DNA from: Octopus vulgaris
Lineage: Eukaryota
DNA: 64,000 bases
Reading direction: 5' to 3'
Assembly (NCBI GenBank): GCA_951406725.2
Contig: OX597820.1
Coordinates: forward strand, 70,680,001-70,744,000
Shown here piece by piece: positions 25,884-39,843 of this stretch. Position 1 is the stretch's first letter. Each line of letters starts with the position of its first letter. The notes beneath the pieces were generated by a model, which saw only the letters and a list, made by a program, of their open reading frames with translations, did not search any database and was not told the origin of the DNA. A program made the translations under genes and the position numbers.

Positions 25884-26784
25884 GACAATCGCGCGCGCAT
25901 GCACACACACGCACATGCACACATACGCACATGCACACACTCTGCATAAAGCTTTGGAGACTATACTTGGTGGCTGTTTTTCGACAATTCTGGTGCCAAT
26001 CTCTATTAGCTATTGTCTTCCTTGGAGCTGAGAGGAGAGGCTTGGTGCATGGGAAAATTCCAGCCTTCCACAAAGCATTACCCTGACGTACTCCTTAGAG
26101 TGTTGCATTTCAAATGCAAGAAGTCCTGTTTGACAGACGCCTTCACGAAGAATAAGTTTCGTGACTCAAAAATTACTGTCATTTTTCTAATTTCACTACA
26201 GTTTGTTGCGGAGAAAGAACTCTCGCTTAAGCCAAGAAGCAGTTAAAGTAACATTGCTCAGAGCACTTTCTATTGAACGGATGGATGCATTTCGAGCTCT
26301 GAATGCCTCCATCAGAGGGTGCTTTCAGCTGACTATGGTGTTTTCACACCATTTTGTCTTCAGTAAGAGACACAACAGCTTCCTTTATTCCTCTCCTAAA
26401 ATATCAGTTGCGCTCCACGGAAGTCGTTCAATGCTTCGTGATTTCAAGCACCAAGTGAAGCCAATTCTGCTCACGTATTTTCCATACGGAAAATAAATTA
26501 ACTTCACATCAATTTTCTCTTTTTCCTTCTAAAATATCAGATGTTGGTATTTTGTCAAAATACTACATTATGAGTTGCTTTTAAATAAAAAAAAAATATA
26601 ATATAAAGTATTTGTTTAAAGTACAATCTCACTTATGATCTATGTATGATATCTATTAACGAAAACATATAACGAACACAATTCAATAAAATTCGTAAAA
26701 GTCCAAATATATCGAGACATTCAAATCTTTAAGCAATTATTTTTTTGCATAAAGGAAGCCAGAAAATTGTTAATATTTTCTCTC

Positions 26785-26985
26785 TTTTCAGTCATTTGAC
26801 TGCGGCCATGCTGGAGCACCGCCTTTAGTCGAGCAAATAGACCCTGGGACTTATCCTTTGTAAGCCTAGTACATATTCTATCGGCCCCTTTTGCTGAACC
26901 GCTATGTTACGGGGACGTAAACACACCACCATCGGTTGTCAAGCGATGTCGGGGGCCAAACACAGACACACAAACATATGCACAC

Positions 26986-27079
<94 letters not shown>

Positions 27080-27240
27080 GACAGATTTCTTTCAGTTTCT
27101 GTCTACCAAATCCACTCACAAGGTTTTAGTCGGCCCGAGACTATAGTAGAAGGCACTTGCCCAAGCTTCCACGCAGTGGGAATGAGCCTGAAGCCATGAG
27201 GTTGGTAAGCAAGATACTTACCACACAGCCACTCTTGCGA
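26785..27240 (-). mobile_element. SINE family A
   Basis: Reverse complement of the family A consensus, with internal (TA)n. Confidence 0.9.
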
Positions 27241-27259
27241 CTCAAAATTAAATATTCGT

Positions 27260-27655
27260 TTCTACTCGAAGCACAAGGCCCGAAATTTTAGAAGGACCAG
27301 TCGATTAGATCAACCTCAGTACACAACTACTACTGAATTTATTGACCTCGGAAGGATGAAAGGCTAAGTCGACCTCGGCGGAATTTGAACTCAGAACATA
27401 AAGACAGACGAAATACCTATTTTTTCTTTACTACCTACAAAGAGCTACACACAGAGGGGACAAACAAGGACAGAAAAACGGATTAAGTCGATTATATCTA
27501 CCCCGGTGCGTAACTGGTACTTATTTAATCGACCTCCAAAGGATGAAAGGCAAAGTCGACCTCGGCGGAATTTGAACTCCGAACGTAACGGCAGACGAAA
27601 TACGGCTACGCATTTCGCCCGGTGTGCTAACGTTTCTGCCAGCTCGCCGCCTTAA
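27260..27655 (-). mobile_element. SINE family B, dimeric
   Basis: Two tandem cores; head ctgccagctcgccgcctt. Confidence 0.88.
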
Positions 27656-28255
27656 TCAAAATTAAATATTAACAGAAATATATCTTGATTTAATTTGATG
27701 TCAAAAGATTATTTTCTTTCAGTTTATTGATTTGTTACATCGGCTCAATCCCCCAAATGTTTTAAGAATTTTGTTAATGGAATTAACGGCAAATTAACGA
27801 TAAGTGTAAACAAGCAATAATAAATCTCTGAACGAGGTATAAACAGTAGCTGCACGACATTGTGAAGTACATTTGCCACGTAAATGTGGCTAACCCCTAA
27901 TGGTGGATGCTACTGTAGCTAGTAGCTCCAGGAGAACACCTCCTCCAGCTGGCTATTGACACACTTTCTGTGCCCTATTAGTATTTGCAAAGGGAAGCCA
28001 TCCTTCCCGTCTTCAACCTATGATATACAATATATATATATATATATATATATTGTAAATCCCAAAGAACGAGGAACAAACACAAGAAAAATAACAACAC
28101 GAGGACGTGGTACATGTAAAGTATTAGCAGACGCTCAGGGAAGGAAAGAAAGGTGGTTTTGCGTTTCGAGCAAAGCTCTTCTTTAGAAAGAGAAGACATA
28201 GGAAAGTCCAAGAGAAAAGGAAGACGACGGAAAAAAATCGCTTACGATTCACATT

Positions 28256-28327
<72 letters not shown>

Positions 28328-28439
28328 CATACATACATGCATACATACATACATGCATGCATACATACATACATACATACATACATACATACATACATAC
28401 ATACATACATACATACATACATACATACATACATGTATT

Positions 28440-29440
28440 GTTCCGTGATAGAAAATTCAACAAAACTTACTCCATCTGATGAGAGATAAATATTATTTAT
28501 TTAAAGGCCACAATGCATGTATTAAAGTGCTACTAATAGTTTCACATGCTGAGAGCACTCAAACATATTCCTCAGCGGCAAACCACATGTAACGAACTAA
28601 AAAAAAATGAATGATAGAAGAAACGCGAAAAAAAAACGAGAAGGTAGCATGTAGAAAACGCAGAAAGTAAACATCTGAAAACGAAAATGGGAAACGAAAA
28701 CACAAAAACTAAAATGTAAAAAATAAAAAATAAAATGGTAAAGGATGGAAAGATATCAAGTCAGTCAGGAATAGGCGGAATTTTCTAATCCTTCAAAATA
28801 TATTTATACATATGCATGCAACCACTGAAAATTTCTGACCTGGAGCTTAATAGAAAATTAGGGGTGTTAGATCTCAACAGGATCTGCACTCTTTCATCCA
28901 AACAAAGTCTACATTTATTGAATCTATTCATATAAGGTATGGATTTCTCAATTACTTTCCATTTTTAATCACATGCAGTGTTTCATTATCTTTTAAAGTC
29001 CATACATAGCTAGCCAAATTAGTAGCCTTACTTTTGTCCCTATGTCAGAAAGAGGATGTATGATTGGCATAGCGATTTTTAAATTCACCTTCACGTAATC
29101 CAATAAAGGTCTTCTTATCAGTTGTATTGTTATTTAGGGCTGCATTAACCTCTGTCTCATATGTGATAGATTTACTCATACATCGTCGGTAAAGTGGACA
29201 CGATCCTGGGTTGCAACAGTTGCAACTGGATTTAGGCTCTTAGTATTGACCACGTATAATGATACTCTTCATATTGGGGCAACTGCTATATGATAGTTTC
29301 ACAGAACGCCTATTAAATATTATCTTGTATCTGTGAGTTGCTGGAAAGTGTTTGTCTAGGAGAGACAGGAATCTTTTACCAATGTTAGTTTTTATATTAA
29401 AGGAAAAAGGTGGGGTGAACCAAATGATTTTTCTGAGCCT
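28440..29440 (-). mobile_element. Penelope-like element 3' fragment (GIY-YIG endonuclease plus pLTR)
   Basis: Minus translation: IIWFTPPFSFNIKTNIGKRFLSLLDKHFP, SCNCCNPGSCPL, FIGLREGEFKNRYANHTSSF*, CRLCLDE; hammerhead downstream. Confidence 0.85.
28527..28582 (-). ncRNA. Hammerhead motif with damaged stem I
   Basis: CTGAGGA-atatgtttgag tgct ctcagcatgt-GAAA-ctattag-TA; stem I pairs poorly. Confidence 0.6.
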
Positions 29441-30332
29441 ATTTTAGGTTATGTATGTATGTATGTATGTATGTAATTATACTTACATACATATGTACAC
29501 TGTGTGCATTTATGTGTACGTGTCTTTATGTTTGTCCTCATCACCACTAGAAAACAATGCTAGTTTGTTTATGTATTTGTGACATAGCGGTTCGGCAGAA
29601 AACACGATAGAATGCGTACATGAGACAAGCAAACACGTACCAAGGTCGATTTGAGCGAGTAAACGCTGTAAAGCAGTGCTCCAGCATGGCCGCGCATCAG
29701 TGACTGAAGTAAGTAAAAGTGTGTTGTATGTGTGAAAAAGAAAGAGAGAGAAAGAGAGAGAAAGAGAGAGGGAGTGTGTGTTTGTGTGTGCGTATGTGTG
29801 TGCGTGTCTGCGTATATGAGTGCGTGCGCGCGTGTGTGTGAGTGTGTATGAGGGTTAACGCGTGATTTTAATTCTCTTTGTATTTCAGACTTTATGTTCT
29901 CTATGTATAAGAATGCCGAAGCTATGCTAGAACAACACTTAGAGCAAATCTTAATTTTTATATACAATACTTTCTATGATGTATATCATATAAACTTCTT
30001 TTCCTCATAAACTGTCAGCGTATGTCAGTAATAGTTAGTATATTAGTATTAGAAATGAATGAGAGTGTGTCTAGTGCTTACTATGAAATATCCATTAGCA
30101 ACGGAAAATATTTTTAGATTTCCTCGAATTGATACAAGCATGCGTTTACATTTTAATGAAACGACTCAATATTCACGTCAAGTTCTGAGAAGAGGAAATT
30201 GCCGAAGGTATGTCGGTGTTATCTTAACTATAATCTACTGCAATCCTATGTCAAAATGAAGTTACTTGAAAAATGGAGTAATTCTTGAAGATGACGGTTC
30301 AATAGAGAATCTTATTTAATTAAAAAAACAAA

Positions 30333-30441
30333 AAGAAGAAGAAGAAGAAGAAGAAGAAGAAGAAGAAGAAGAAGAAGAAGAAGAAGAAGAAGAAGAAGAA
30401 GAAGAAGAAGAAGAAGAAGAAGAAGAAGAAGAAGAAGAAGA
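30333..30441. repeat. (AAG)n microsatellite
   Basis: Seen directly. Confidence 0.98.
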
Positions 30442-30602
30442 ATTATAATAAAAGATTTTGTGACACATTTGCCCCAAGGGTGAAACATTGAATGAACAGA
30501 TGTAATTTTTGTTTCTAACCAAAATACTTCGGTGCTTTTTAATATGAGTTATTTTCGCAATTTCCAACCAACATCTACATTCTTTTTCAATGAGACATGT
30601 TT

Positions 30603-30651
<49 letters not shown>

Positions 30652-30654
30652 AAC

Positions 30655-31003
30655 TCTTTCTCTTCTGCGGCCATGCTGGAGCACTGCCTTTATTCGAACA
30701 AATCGACCCCAGGATTTATTCTTTGTAAGCAGCCTTGTACTTATTCTATAGGTCTCTTTTTGCCGAACCGGTTGTCAAACGATGGTGGGGGACAAACACA
30801 GACACAATTATAAAATACATATATATATATATATATACATATATGCGAAGGGCTTCTTTCAGTTTCTGCCTACCAAATCCACTCACAAGGCTTTGGTCGG
30901 CCCGAGGAAGACACTTGCCCAAGGTGAGACACAATGGAACTGAACCCGGAACACATATGGTTGGGAAGCAAGATTCTTACCACACACCCACTCCTGCGCC
31001 TGT
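30655..31003 (-). mobile_element. SINE family A with internal deletions
   Basis: Reverse complement of the consensus; head ccactcctgcgcct. Confidence 0.85.
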
Positions 31004-31584
31004 ATGTATATAGATATATATTTTTTCGGGCTATGTTTTCATTTTAAGAAATTCATGCTAGCCTTTTAGAGCCAGTAAGATGGTAGAACATCCGGAAGTC
31101 GATAGCCAATGGCAAAGGGAGATAATCCTCTATTGTTTACCTTTGTAGCGAGAATTTTTCCACTGCATATTTTGTAGAGGTCTTAGGCCAACTGGCTTTG
31201 GGGGTCTGATGATACACCATAAAGGTTAACCCTTTATTGACGAGAAAAACAGGGTAATCCCATAAAATGGCCTTCCCTACTTTTAATATATATACATACG
31301 ATGACCTTCTACACAGTTTCCATCACTTACGAGGCATGCGTTGGACACCTACCCAAGGTGCCATGCAGTGAACCTGAAGGCGGTACAACATGACTTCAAA
31401 GCGAGATTCTTAACCATACAGCTAAGCTTTAGATTCGGATTTGATGATAACATACACAAATTCACTTCATTTATAATCAAATTATATTTTGGGGCGTTTA
31501 CTTCCCCTATTTGTGTCTTTTGAACGGACAAGGCAAATTCTTTGAAGAGCAACGTGGAATTGTTCAAAAGCAGCTGATAAAAAT

Positions 31585-31965
31585 TGTGACTGTGCGGTAA
31601 AAACTTTGCTTCCCAACAACATAGTGCCGGGTTCAGTCCCACTGCGTGGCAACCTTGGGAAAATATCTCCTACAATAGGCCCGGGCTTACCAAAGCCTTG
31701 TGAGTGGGTTTGGTGGACAGAAACTGTAAGAATGTGCGCGCCCGCGTATGTGTATGTGTGTGTGTGTGTGTGTTTATCCCTTACTTCCGCTTGACAACCA
31801 GTGTTGGTGTGTTTACGTCACCGTAACTTAGCTGTTCGGCAAAAGAGAGCGATAGAATAAATACCAGACTTTAAAAAAAATAATACGTACTGAGGTCGAT
31901 TCTTTCAACTGAAATTCTTCGACCCCAGTATGGCCGCAGTCTAATGACTGAAACAAATAAAAAAT
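31585..31965 (+). mobile_element. SINE family A
   Basis: Matches the family consensus. Confidence 0.85.
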
Positions 31966-32261
31966 ACTAATCATACCTCAGACCATCAAAATATTGTCAT
32001 ATATATCGTGATCAAAGCGTTCTAGCCATGACTTTTCCTTGGTCATTATTCAAGTAGTTTTCTATATCTTGGACCATATTGTCTAACGCGTTTATTTTTA
32101 AAGACAGACTGATTTAAGGCAGAATTGGCTGCTATCTCTAGAAGGTTAAGCGACCACGTAGATTAGAGCTACTTCATATTTGTATAATAGATGCAAACTT
32201 CTGATACGTTTCTATGAATCCGGCGAATGAAAATATATTAATAGCTTACAGAATATCAGTA

Positions 32262-32478
32262 CAGTAATCTCTCACCGTATCGCAGTTCACCTATCGCGGT
32301 ATATTATTTAAACTTACGTCGATTCCTCTGAGGTGTTGCTTTGCATTTATAATAGAATAAATATATAATTATAAAAATGATAAAACTTATACAATACAGT
32401 ACTGTTTCTACTTCGCGGATTTACACCTATCGTGTGGGGTTTTTGAACGTAACACCCGCGATAGTCAAGGGATTATTG
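32262..32478. mobile_element. Tigger/pogo-type MITE
   Basis: TA-flanked; TIR cagtaatctctc / aagggattattg; second copy at 58448-58686. Confidence 0.8.
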
Positions 32479-33120
32479 TAGTTCTTTCACTGAAACATAT
32501 CTTAATGTTACACAGCAAAACTTCCTAATTTTCTCAGGCCCTAAGACTTATAATGCTGCTTACCCGTTTCCATGTCGTTCAAGTCACAGAGATCAGAATA
32601 TTACCCTGCAGAACGCAAGACCGTTGCAGGGTTCAAAGGTACCAGTTTTGAGGGGAGATGTCAAGTCGATTACATCAATTCTTGACCGATATTGTATTTA
32701 CTGGCTTTAAGAATCTCGCAGAATATCTGGTTAGAAGTCCAGCCTTCCAAGTTATTTTACAGGGCTTACAAAAACTGAAGGACCGGTGCAATAAGCGTGT
32801 CAACCTGAGAGAGAAATATATGTTGAATAAAATATAATTAACTTATCCGCCTGTACATTCTGGATCTTTGCCTTTTGTAACTAAAATCTTTCAAAGTTCG
32901 GACACTGGTAGAATGTGTCATATAAAACATCTTTTACGCTAAGCATTAGGAAGTTATTTCACGTTAAAGTAGTCGTATTTCGGTAATTTCAAACAATCAA
33001 TAACGTATATTCAGCTGAATAAAATTACTGCTGTTGTTTGTCAACAAGAACTTCTGGCGGTGTATATTTCGTTTGCCACTGTTATTTATGACAGCCCTAA
33101 CCCTAAAACCCTAACATGAT

Positions 33121-33500
33121 ACAAGGCGGCGAGCAGGCAGAAACGTTAGCACGCCAGACGAAATGCTCAGCAGTATTTCGACTGCCGTTACGTTCTGAGT
33201 TCAAATTCCGCCAAGGTCGACTTTGCCTTTCATCCTTTCGGGGTCGATAAATTAAGTACCAGTTACGCACTGGGTCGATATAATCGACTTCATCCGTTTG
33301 TCTGTCCTTGTTTGTCCCTTCTGTATTTAGCCCCTTGTGGGTAGTAAAGAAATAGGTATTTCGTCTGCCGCTACGTTCTGAGTTCAAATTCCGCCGAGGT
33401 CGACTTTGCCTTTCATCCTTTTGGGGTCGATTAAATAAGTATCAGTTACGCTCTGGGGTCGATGTAATCGACTGAATCCCTGTGGGCAATAAAGAAAGAA
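33121..33500 (+). mobile_element. SINE family B, dimeric (gcctttcatcctttcggggtcgataaa..agtacc core, Meta/Sauria-like)
   Basis: Two tandem cores; B-box-like gagttcaaattcc. Confidence 0.88.
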
Positions 33501-34279
33501 ATATTATTATAAAATAATAGTAAAGTAAAAGTGAATAAATAGTACTAATGTGTTTTAATGGCTTCAATAATTAGCATGATAGCAATTGTTTAAGGTCTGA
33601 TACACAACATCGGGTCAAATCACTTTCATATCGATCCCGGAGCGATGATAAGTAAAGTTTAATCTCAGCTGATTTGCTACTCAGCATTTTGTCCGATGTA
33701 CTCGCGAGTCTGCCAGCTCGCCCTCTTAAACTTCTTAACACTGAATTCTAATGTAAAAGTACAATCACACTGTGAGATATCAAGCGTATCATTATAGGAA
33801 TACGATCTCATTTACTGTATTTTCACGATAAATGTGAATGTAATTATGTGCCTGCGTACGCGCGTATATGTGACTGTGTCACTTGTACGAGCAGCGGCTG
33901 TCTTTATTCATTTCCATAATGCCATATCATTTCAGCGTATTGCGTAGTTCACAAATTATCTCTTTCCAAATGTTCATGCCAAGTGGAACGTATCAAGGTT
34001 ATGTTATATTATAACTCGTATACAATGGCTGGTTAATGAAGAGTGGACGCTGCTGCCATCTCTATTGCTATACCTTCTTCCTACAATACTTAATGATTTT
34101 ATTCATGGAACTTTAAAAGGCCGAAATTATAGTATGAATTACAGCATTACCATCGTTAAACAAGATCGCTGAAGCTGCAATAAAACCTATTATGCTGAGT
34201 ATAATAGATATCTGAGTAAAGTAGAACATGTTTCGTAATTAGGTTTAAAGGTTCCACTTTGTCTTTGGTAGTGTGCTTT

Positions 34280-34920
34280 CTAATTTTGGCTCAAAGTCAG
34301 CAGTTTTGGGGGTCGAGAATTTGATTACATCTACCAAAGTGGTCGATTGGTATTTTTCTTATTGACCCTGAAAGGATGGCAACCAAAGTCGACCTCACCA
34401 GTATTTGAACTCAGAACGTTAAAAACCGGAAGAAATGCTTCTAAGCTTTCTGACCGACAGGCTAACGATTCTTATTTCTTTATTGCCCACAGGGGGCTAA
34501 ACATAGAGGGGACAAACAAGGACAGACAAACGGATTAAGTCGATTACATCGACCCCTGTGCGTAACTGGTACTTAATTTATCGACCCCGAAAGGATGAAA
34601 GACAAAGTCGTCCTCGGTGGAATTTGAACTCAGAACGTAACGGCAGACGAAATACGGCTACGCATTTCGCCCGGCGTGCTAACGGTTCTGCCAGCTCGCC
34701 GCCTTCGTCTTTGTTAATATTCTTTCTAATGTAGGCAAAAGGCCTGGAATTTTGAGGGAAGAAGCAGTGCTGCTCAACTTGTGCTTGTTTCATCGACTTC
34801 GAAAGGACAAATAGCAAAGTCGATCTCGGCAGAATTTGAACTCAGAACGTAAAAAGTCGGACGAAATGCCGCTAAGCATTTTGTCCAGCGTACTAACTAC
34901 TCAACCAGCTCACCGCTTTC
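34280..34920 (-). mobile_element. Cluster of SINE family B copies
   Basis: Three cores in the minus orientation. Confidence 0.85.
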
Positions 34921-35652
34921 GTCGTTGTTAATATCAAAAGCTCTCTGTTCTTTTCAAGTATTATATTATTTCCTTTAAACACAACCGTTTTGCCATATTT
35001 AAATACGATGTTATTTAGGTAGTCAACGATGGAACTTATATGCAGTCACCCGACCTGCTACATATGGCAGACATATCTCCCTCAAATTACACACTACCAT
35101 CCTGAAAGCGAGTAACACCTTAGATAATGAAAGTCCTAGGCAGAAAATGCTTCAGAGAAAAGAAGGATGGTCATGGCTGGAATGAATCTCATTGTAGATC
35201 AACTTATTCTGAGTAACTTAGGACTAAATAAAAATCCATTCGTAATAATATAACAAATTATTATATAATACTGAAGGGAGAATCTTCCTTAATATAAGCC
35301 GTCTGGAAGAGTGTCGACGTGGAGAAAACTAATTTTTACTTTTTTCTTGCTCTATACTGCTGTGTAGATGAAGGAAACAAATCGTAGCGTTTCCTTAGAT
35401 TTACTAAAATCGTGTTACTATGATGAATCTGTTAAACTTTCTGTGATAACTTATAAGAGTAGCATGAATAGGGCCGTGAATACAAACAGATTCCTGCAGC
35501 AAAAAAAAAAGAAACAAGTTAATGGAAGCACTAAAAAACAAAAAAGCAAGTTAATGGAAGCACTAATATACTTAAATATGGCGAGCTAAAACTTTTGAAC
35601 TAATTAAAATTATTTCAATAAAGAAGAAAAAAATGATATTAAATAAATGTTT

Positions 35653-35870
35653 AGAGCGGCAAGCTGGCAAAATCGGTAACACGTCGCGCAAAATGCTTAG
35701 CGGTATTTCGTCCATCCTTACGTTCAGAGCTCAAATTCCACTGAGGTTGAATTTGCCTTTCATCCTTTCGGAGTCGATAAAATAAGCACCAATTGAACAC
35801 TGGATGTCCATGTAATCGACGTATCCCACTTGAAATTGCTGTCCTTGTGTCAAAAGTTGAAACCAATATT
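35653..35870 (+). mobile_element. SINE family B
   Basis: Matches the family consensus. Confidence 0.8.
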
Positions 35871-36248
35871 AAATTGACGTTTTATTCTTATCCAGATAAG
35901 ACATGTGGCACAATTTTAATAAATCAAAACTTTCCGGCTCACAAACTTGACTATATTAGCACCCACATTACCATGAACAATCGTTTCTTATATAGGCACA
36001 AAGCCAACAATTTTGGATGACGGGAGATGGTCGATATCATCCCACCTCAGTACTTGACTGATATTTTAATTTGTCGACTCTGCGATGATGGAAGGCAGAG
36101 TTGACTTCGGCAGGATTTGAACTCAGTATGTAAAGATCCGGAACAAATACTGCAAGGCGTTTTGTCAGACAATCTAACGGTTCTCCCTGTCCATTTTTTT
36201 AACTGTAGTATCAGCTCATAGCTGCGGCCATGCTGATGCACCGCTGTT

Positions 36249-36254
36249 AAAAAA
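36249..36254 (-). terminator. Pol III T6 terminator
   Basis: TTTTTT 2 nt after the discriminator base on the minus strand. Confidence 0.75.
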
Positions 36255-36256
36255 TG

Positions 36257-36350
36257 TGCCCCAGGGTAGGATCGAACTCACGACCTTCGGATACCTCTGC
36301 TTTGTTACTTGATTATGAGACTGATGCGCTGCCTACTGCGCTACTGAGGC
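36257..36350 (-). tRNA. tRNA-Met-CAT: Elongator tRNA-Met(CAT) with 21-nt intron (36293-36313); possibly a pseudogene
   Basis: GCCTCAG TA GCGC AGTAGGCA GCGC A TCAGT CTCATA[ATCAAGTAACAAAGCAGAGGT]A TCCGA AGGTC GTGAG TTCGATC CTACC CTGGGGC A; 73 nt spliced; intact acceptor and D stems; mismatches in anticodon stem (A-C) and T stem (CTACC). Confidence 0.88.
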
Positions 36351-36549
36351 AATCGCTCAAGTTTATATAATAAGTAAAAAAATCTGTTGTTGTTTTTGCC
36401 TCTCGCCACTACGTTACTGAAGTTTTGGTATTCTCTGGTCAGTTGGTGACTCTTCTACTCTGTATAACTTACAATTGTATAATATAATGCGTACCCTTCC
36501 CCTCCACACACGCACATATGTTGTACTGGAGTAGTTGTAATATATATGT

Positions 36550-36750
36550 TTCAAATTTGGAACAGGGCCAGCAATTGCTTTAGTGGAGGTAAGTTGATTA
36601 CAACTACCCCAGTGTTCAACTGGTACTTGTTTTATCGACACCAAAAGGATGAAAGGTAAAGTAGACCTCAACGGAATTTGAACTCTAAACGTAAATACGG
36701 ACGAAAGGCCGTTAATAATTCCGCGCGGCATGCTAATGAGTCTCCCAGCC
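36550..36750 (-). mobile_element. SINE family B
   Basis: Core match. Confidence 0.78.
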
Positions 36751-36959
36751 TTAGGAGCAGGTGTAATCTATTGAACTAAATATGACAAATATTTCCCCGC
36801 AGACCAACGGTGGGATAAAATGCAAAACCCGAATCTTACTGGCAGGAACTGAACTCGGTTATTAATCAACGAAATGTATTACTGGTCAGCGAATTACCAT
36901 CTACGCCACCCTTTCGTATATGATAATAACTTGTAATAAGATGATAGTAATGATAATAC

Positions 36960-37170
36960 CTTCTACATTAGGCACAAGGCCTGGAATTTAGTTGGTGACA
37001 ACTAGTCGATCACATCGACCCAGTGTTTCACTGGTACTTAATTTATCGACCCCGAAAGGATGAAAGGCAAAGTCGACCTCGGCGGAATTTGAACTCAGAA
37101 CGTAAAGACGGGCGAAATGCCGCTAAGCATTTTGCCCGGCGTGCTTACGATTCTGCCATCTTGTCGCCTT
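36960..37170 (-). mobile_element. SINE family B
   Basis: Near-consensus. Confidence 0.88.
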
Positions 37171-38374
37171 GATGATAGTAATAACAATGGCTTCAAATTC
37201 TGGGACAAGATCAGTAACGTTAGGGAGTGATTGCTAATTTCAAGATTATATATTTCATGGCTTAATTTTGAATGTTTACGAAATAACTGAAGATTAAAGT
37301 TAAACAAAATTTCATAATATATATTTAAGAAGATTAATAATCCTCGTTGATTAATTGTCATTAGTTGTGTTCATGCAACATCTTGCAAGAAGCAAACCAA
37401 TTCTGTAAATATTTTACCATCGCAACATAACAATTCAGCTCGCTAGTTACTACGAACTGAAGCAATTGTTCGGCTTTGTTGCTGTTGCTGTTGTTGTCGT
37501 CTGAATATTTTCCTCATTCTTATATATTATTCATATTCAGCTCTATCATTTATAACAAACCTTTCCTGACGTCTGTCAGATAAAGGATAATTCAAAAATT
37601 AATGTGTTCGCAGTTTAACACACCAAAAACACTGCTGCTATGAATTATCTACACTATTCAGTTAACTGTAATGAAGTCAACAACAAATATCTAACCATGT
37701 TTGATTAACAACGCAACAGTCTGTCGAATAACTAGAAAATATTAATGTTAGATAACTCACACAAAAGAACTATTAATAAAATGATAAAGAATTGCCAGAT
37801 CTCAATCCGCATAACTGCTTTTAAAGGTATATACGAGGAGTCGTATATTTCGAACTTTTTAATGTTTATCATGATCTCGTGCGTTATTTTAAAATTTAGG
37901 GTAATTTTTATAAAAGCAAAATAAAAGCACAAAACTGAGTCAATAGACGTGTAATTTCAGGCTCTGAATGGAAATGGATTAGAAATGCATTTTTGAAAAT
38001 AATGTGATCGGAAAATGAAAACAATAATAACAACATGTTCTGCAAATCAACCGGAAGCATCGTCTTTCTCCATCACAAAGGTATACAAAAACACTCTTCA
38101 ATGAAAGTCAAGAATATCTTAGCTACAAGCTATATAGAGAATTCACATTGTTTGGTCTTTGTAAACTAGAAATGTGTGCAGGTTTACTAAATGTATACAG
38201 ATATGTAATGGTATGTGTATTGTTTCCTAACGTTGTATGTTTTCTCTCTTTTTTTACATATACAGATACGTACAAATATATTTGTCTAAGACTATAAATC
38301 TGTCTGCTTATATGAACGTTTATGTTTGTGTGAATGACTCGTTTTCTTCCTTCTATCACTTTTTCAATCCTCGT

Positions 38375-38825
38375 ATATGCATGACATGGATGTGTGGTTA
38401 GGAAGCTTGCTTTGCAACCATGTGGTTCTAGGTTCAGATTCATTTCGCGGCGCGTAGGGTAAGTGTCTTCACTTATGAACCAAGATTAATGCCCTGCGAG
38501 TGAATTCAGTTGGCAAAACTATGAAGATGCCCGTCATTTGTGTGTGCGCGAGCGCGTGTGAGTGTATGTGTAACGTGTGTGTGTGTGCACGCATGTATAT
38601 ATGTATGCACGTGTGCATGGGTGTGTGTTTTGTGCTTGTACTTGTCCCCCACCAGCGTTTTACAACCGGTGTTGGTTTGGTTATTGTAGTGGTTCGACAA
38701 AAGAAGCCGATAGAGTAAGTACAAGAGTTGAAATGAAATATTGGAGCCGATTTTCTCAGTTAAACCCTTCAGTAAGGTGGCATCCCAGCATGGCCACAGC
38801 CCAAGGACTGAAACAATTAAAGGGC
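38375..38825 (+). mobile_element. SINE family A, diverged
   Basis: Head, (TG)n and tail recognisable. Confidence 0.75.
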
Positions 38826-39445
38826 GTGATTTAGACTAAAATCGCACGAGAAATTACCGTATTTGGAACTTTGTGTACATTCCTCTTTATCCAAAGAGAA
38901 ACTGTGAGGAAAACTTCATATTACAAACCGAGTTTCAAAGAACCACAACGTCGAAACGTACGTAGGAACAAACGATATAGACTTGTGCTTATCGTAAATT
39001 ATCCTACTTTCCTCTGTATATCGTAAGTAATGATACTACTAAGTATAGCAGTTGCTATACAAAACTGGAAGCAGACTGGATAATGATAATCAACGTGGAG
39101 CTCTAAGATAAACAGCAGTTGTACACACAAGATACAGTATATATATATGGACTCTCTCGTTGAAGACGACGTATGAGTGTTGAGCTCTTTTGCCGAACGA
39201 CCTGCACAAATGATTTGTTTATAGTGATCAAATGTATGTCTAGTACATTAGCTCACCTCCTGCAGCAAATCGACGTTACCTGAACTGGTACACGGTGTGT
39301 CAGTCACGCGTCAGGTATCGAAGTGATCGCAGAGCAATGTCATATGAAGAGTTTTCCTCAAGAACATACACCACCCAGGCTAAGAAACTGAAATTACTAT
39401 CTCACGAACGTGAGTGTAACACTCTGTCGACTAGACCATGCGTCC

Positions 39446-39509
<64 letters not shown>

Positions 39510-39517
<8 letters not shown>

Positions 39518-39843
39518 AATAATAATAAGATCGTCATTTAAATACCGATCTTATCAGGTGACTAGCATGGGAATAAAAAGCTTTAAAGGTGATAATTATT
39601 ATTAAAATTATAATTTATGGTATCTAAGAGATACCACAACACTGGAAATAGCAGCCAAAACTTGATTTTAAAACCACATTAAATGTTCATACAGCACCAG
39701 GAGAGAAGACAAAGAGATAAAATTATTAAAATTATAATTTAGGGTATCTAAGAGATACCATCACGCTGGAAATAGCAGCCAAAACTTGACTCTAAAATCA
39801 CATTAAATCTTCATACAGCACCAGGTGAGAAGACAAAGAGATT
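39510..39843 (-). mobile_element. Tandem (direct) pair of pLTR-like units next to (TA)n
   Basis: ~124-bp direct repeat at ~39595-39718 and ~39719-39842; same family as 43530-43862. Confidence 0.75.

Noticed and set aside
24200-26500. Unique-looking DNA with TGACTCA, CCAAT and donor-like motifs, plus short ORFs at 25.7-26.5 kb
   Set aside because: Short motifs are expected by chance; no supported gene model
33095-33115. Telomere-like (CCCTAA) repeats
   Set aside because: Only about three imperfect units, more likely part of a dispersed repeat than an interstitial telomere
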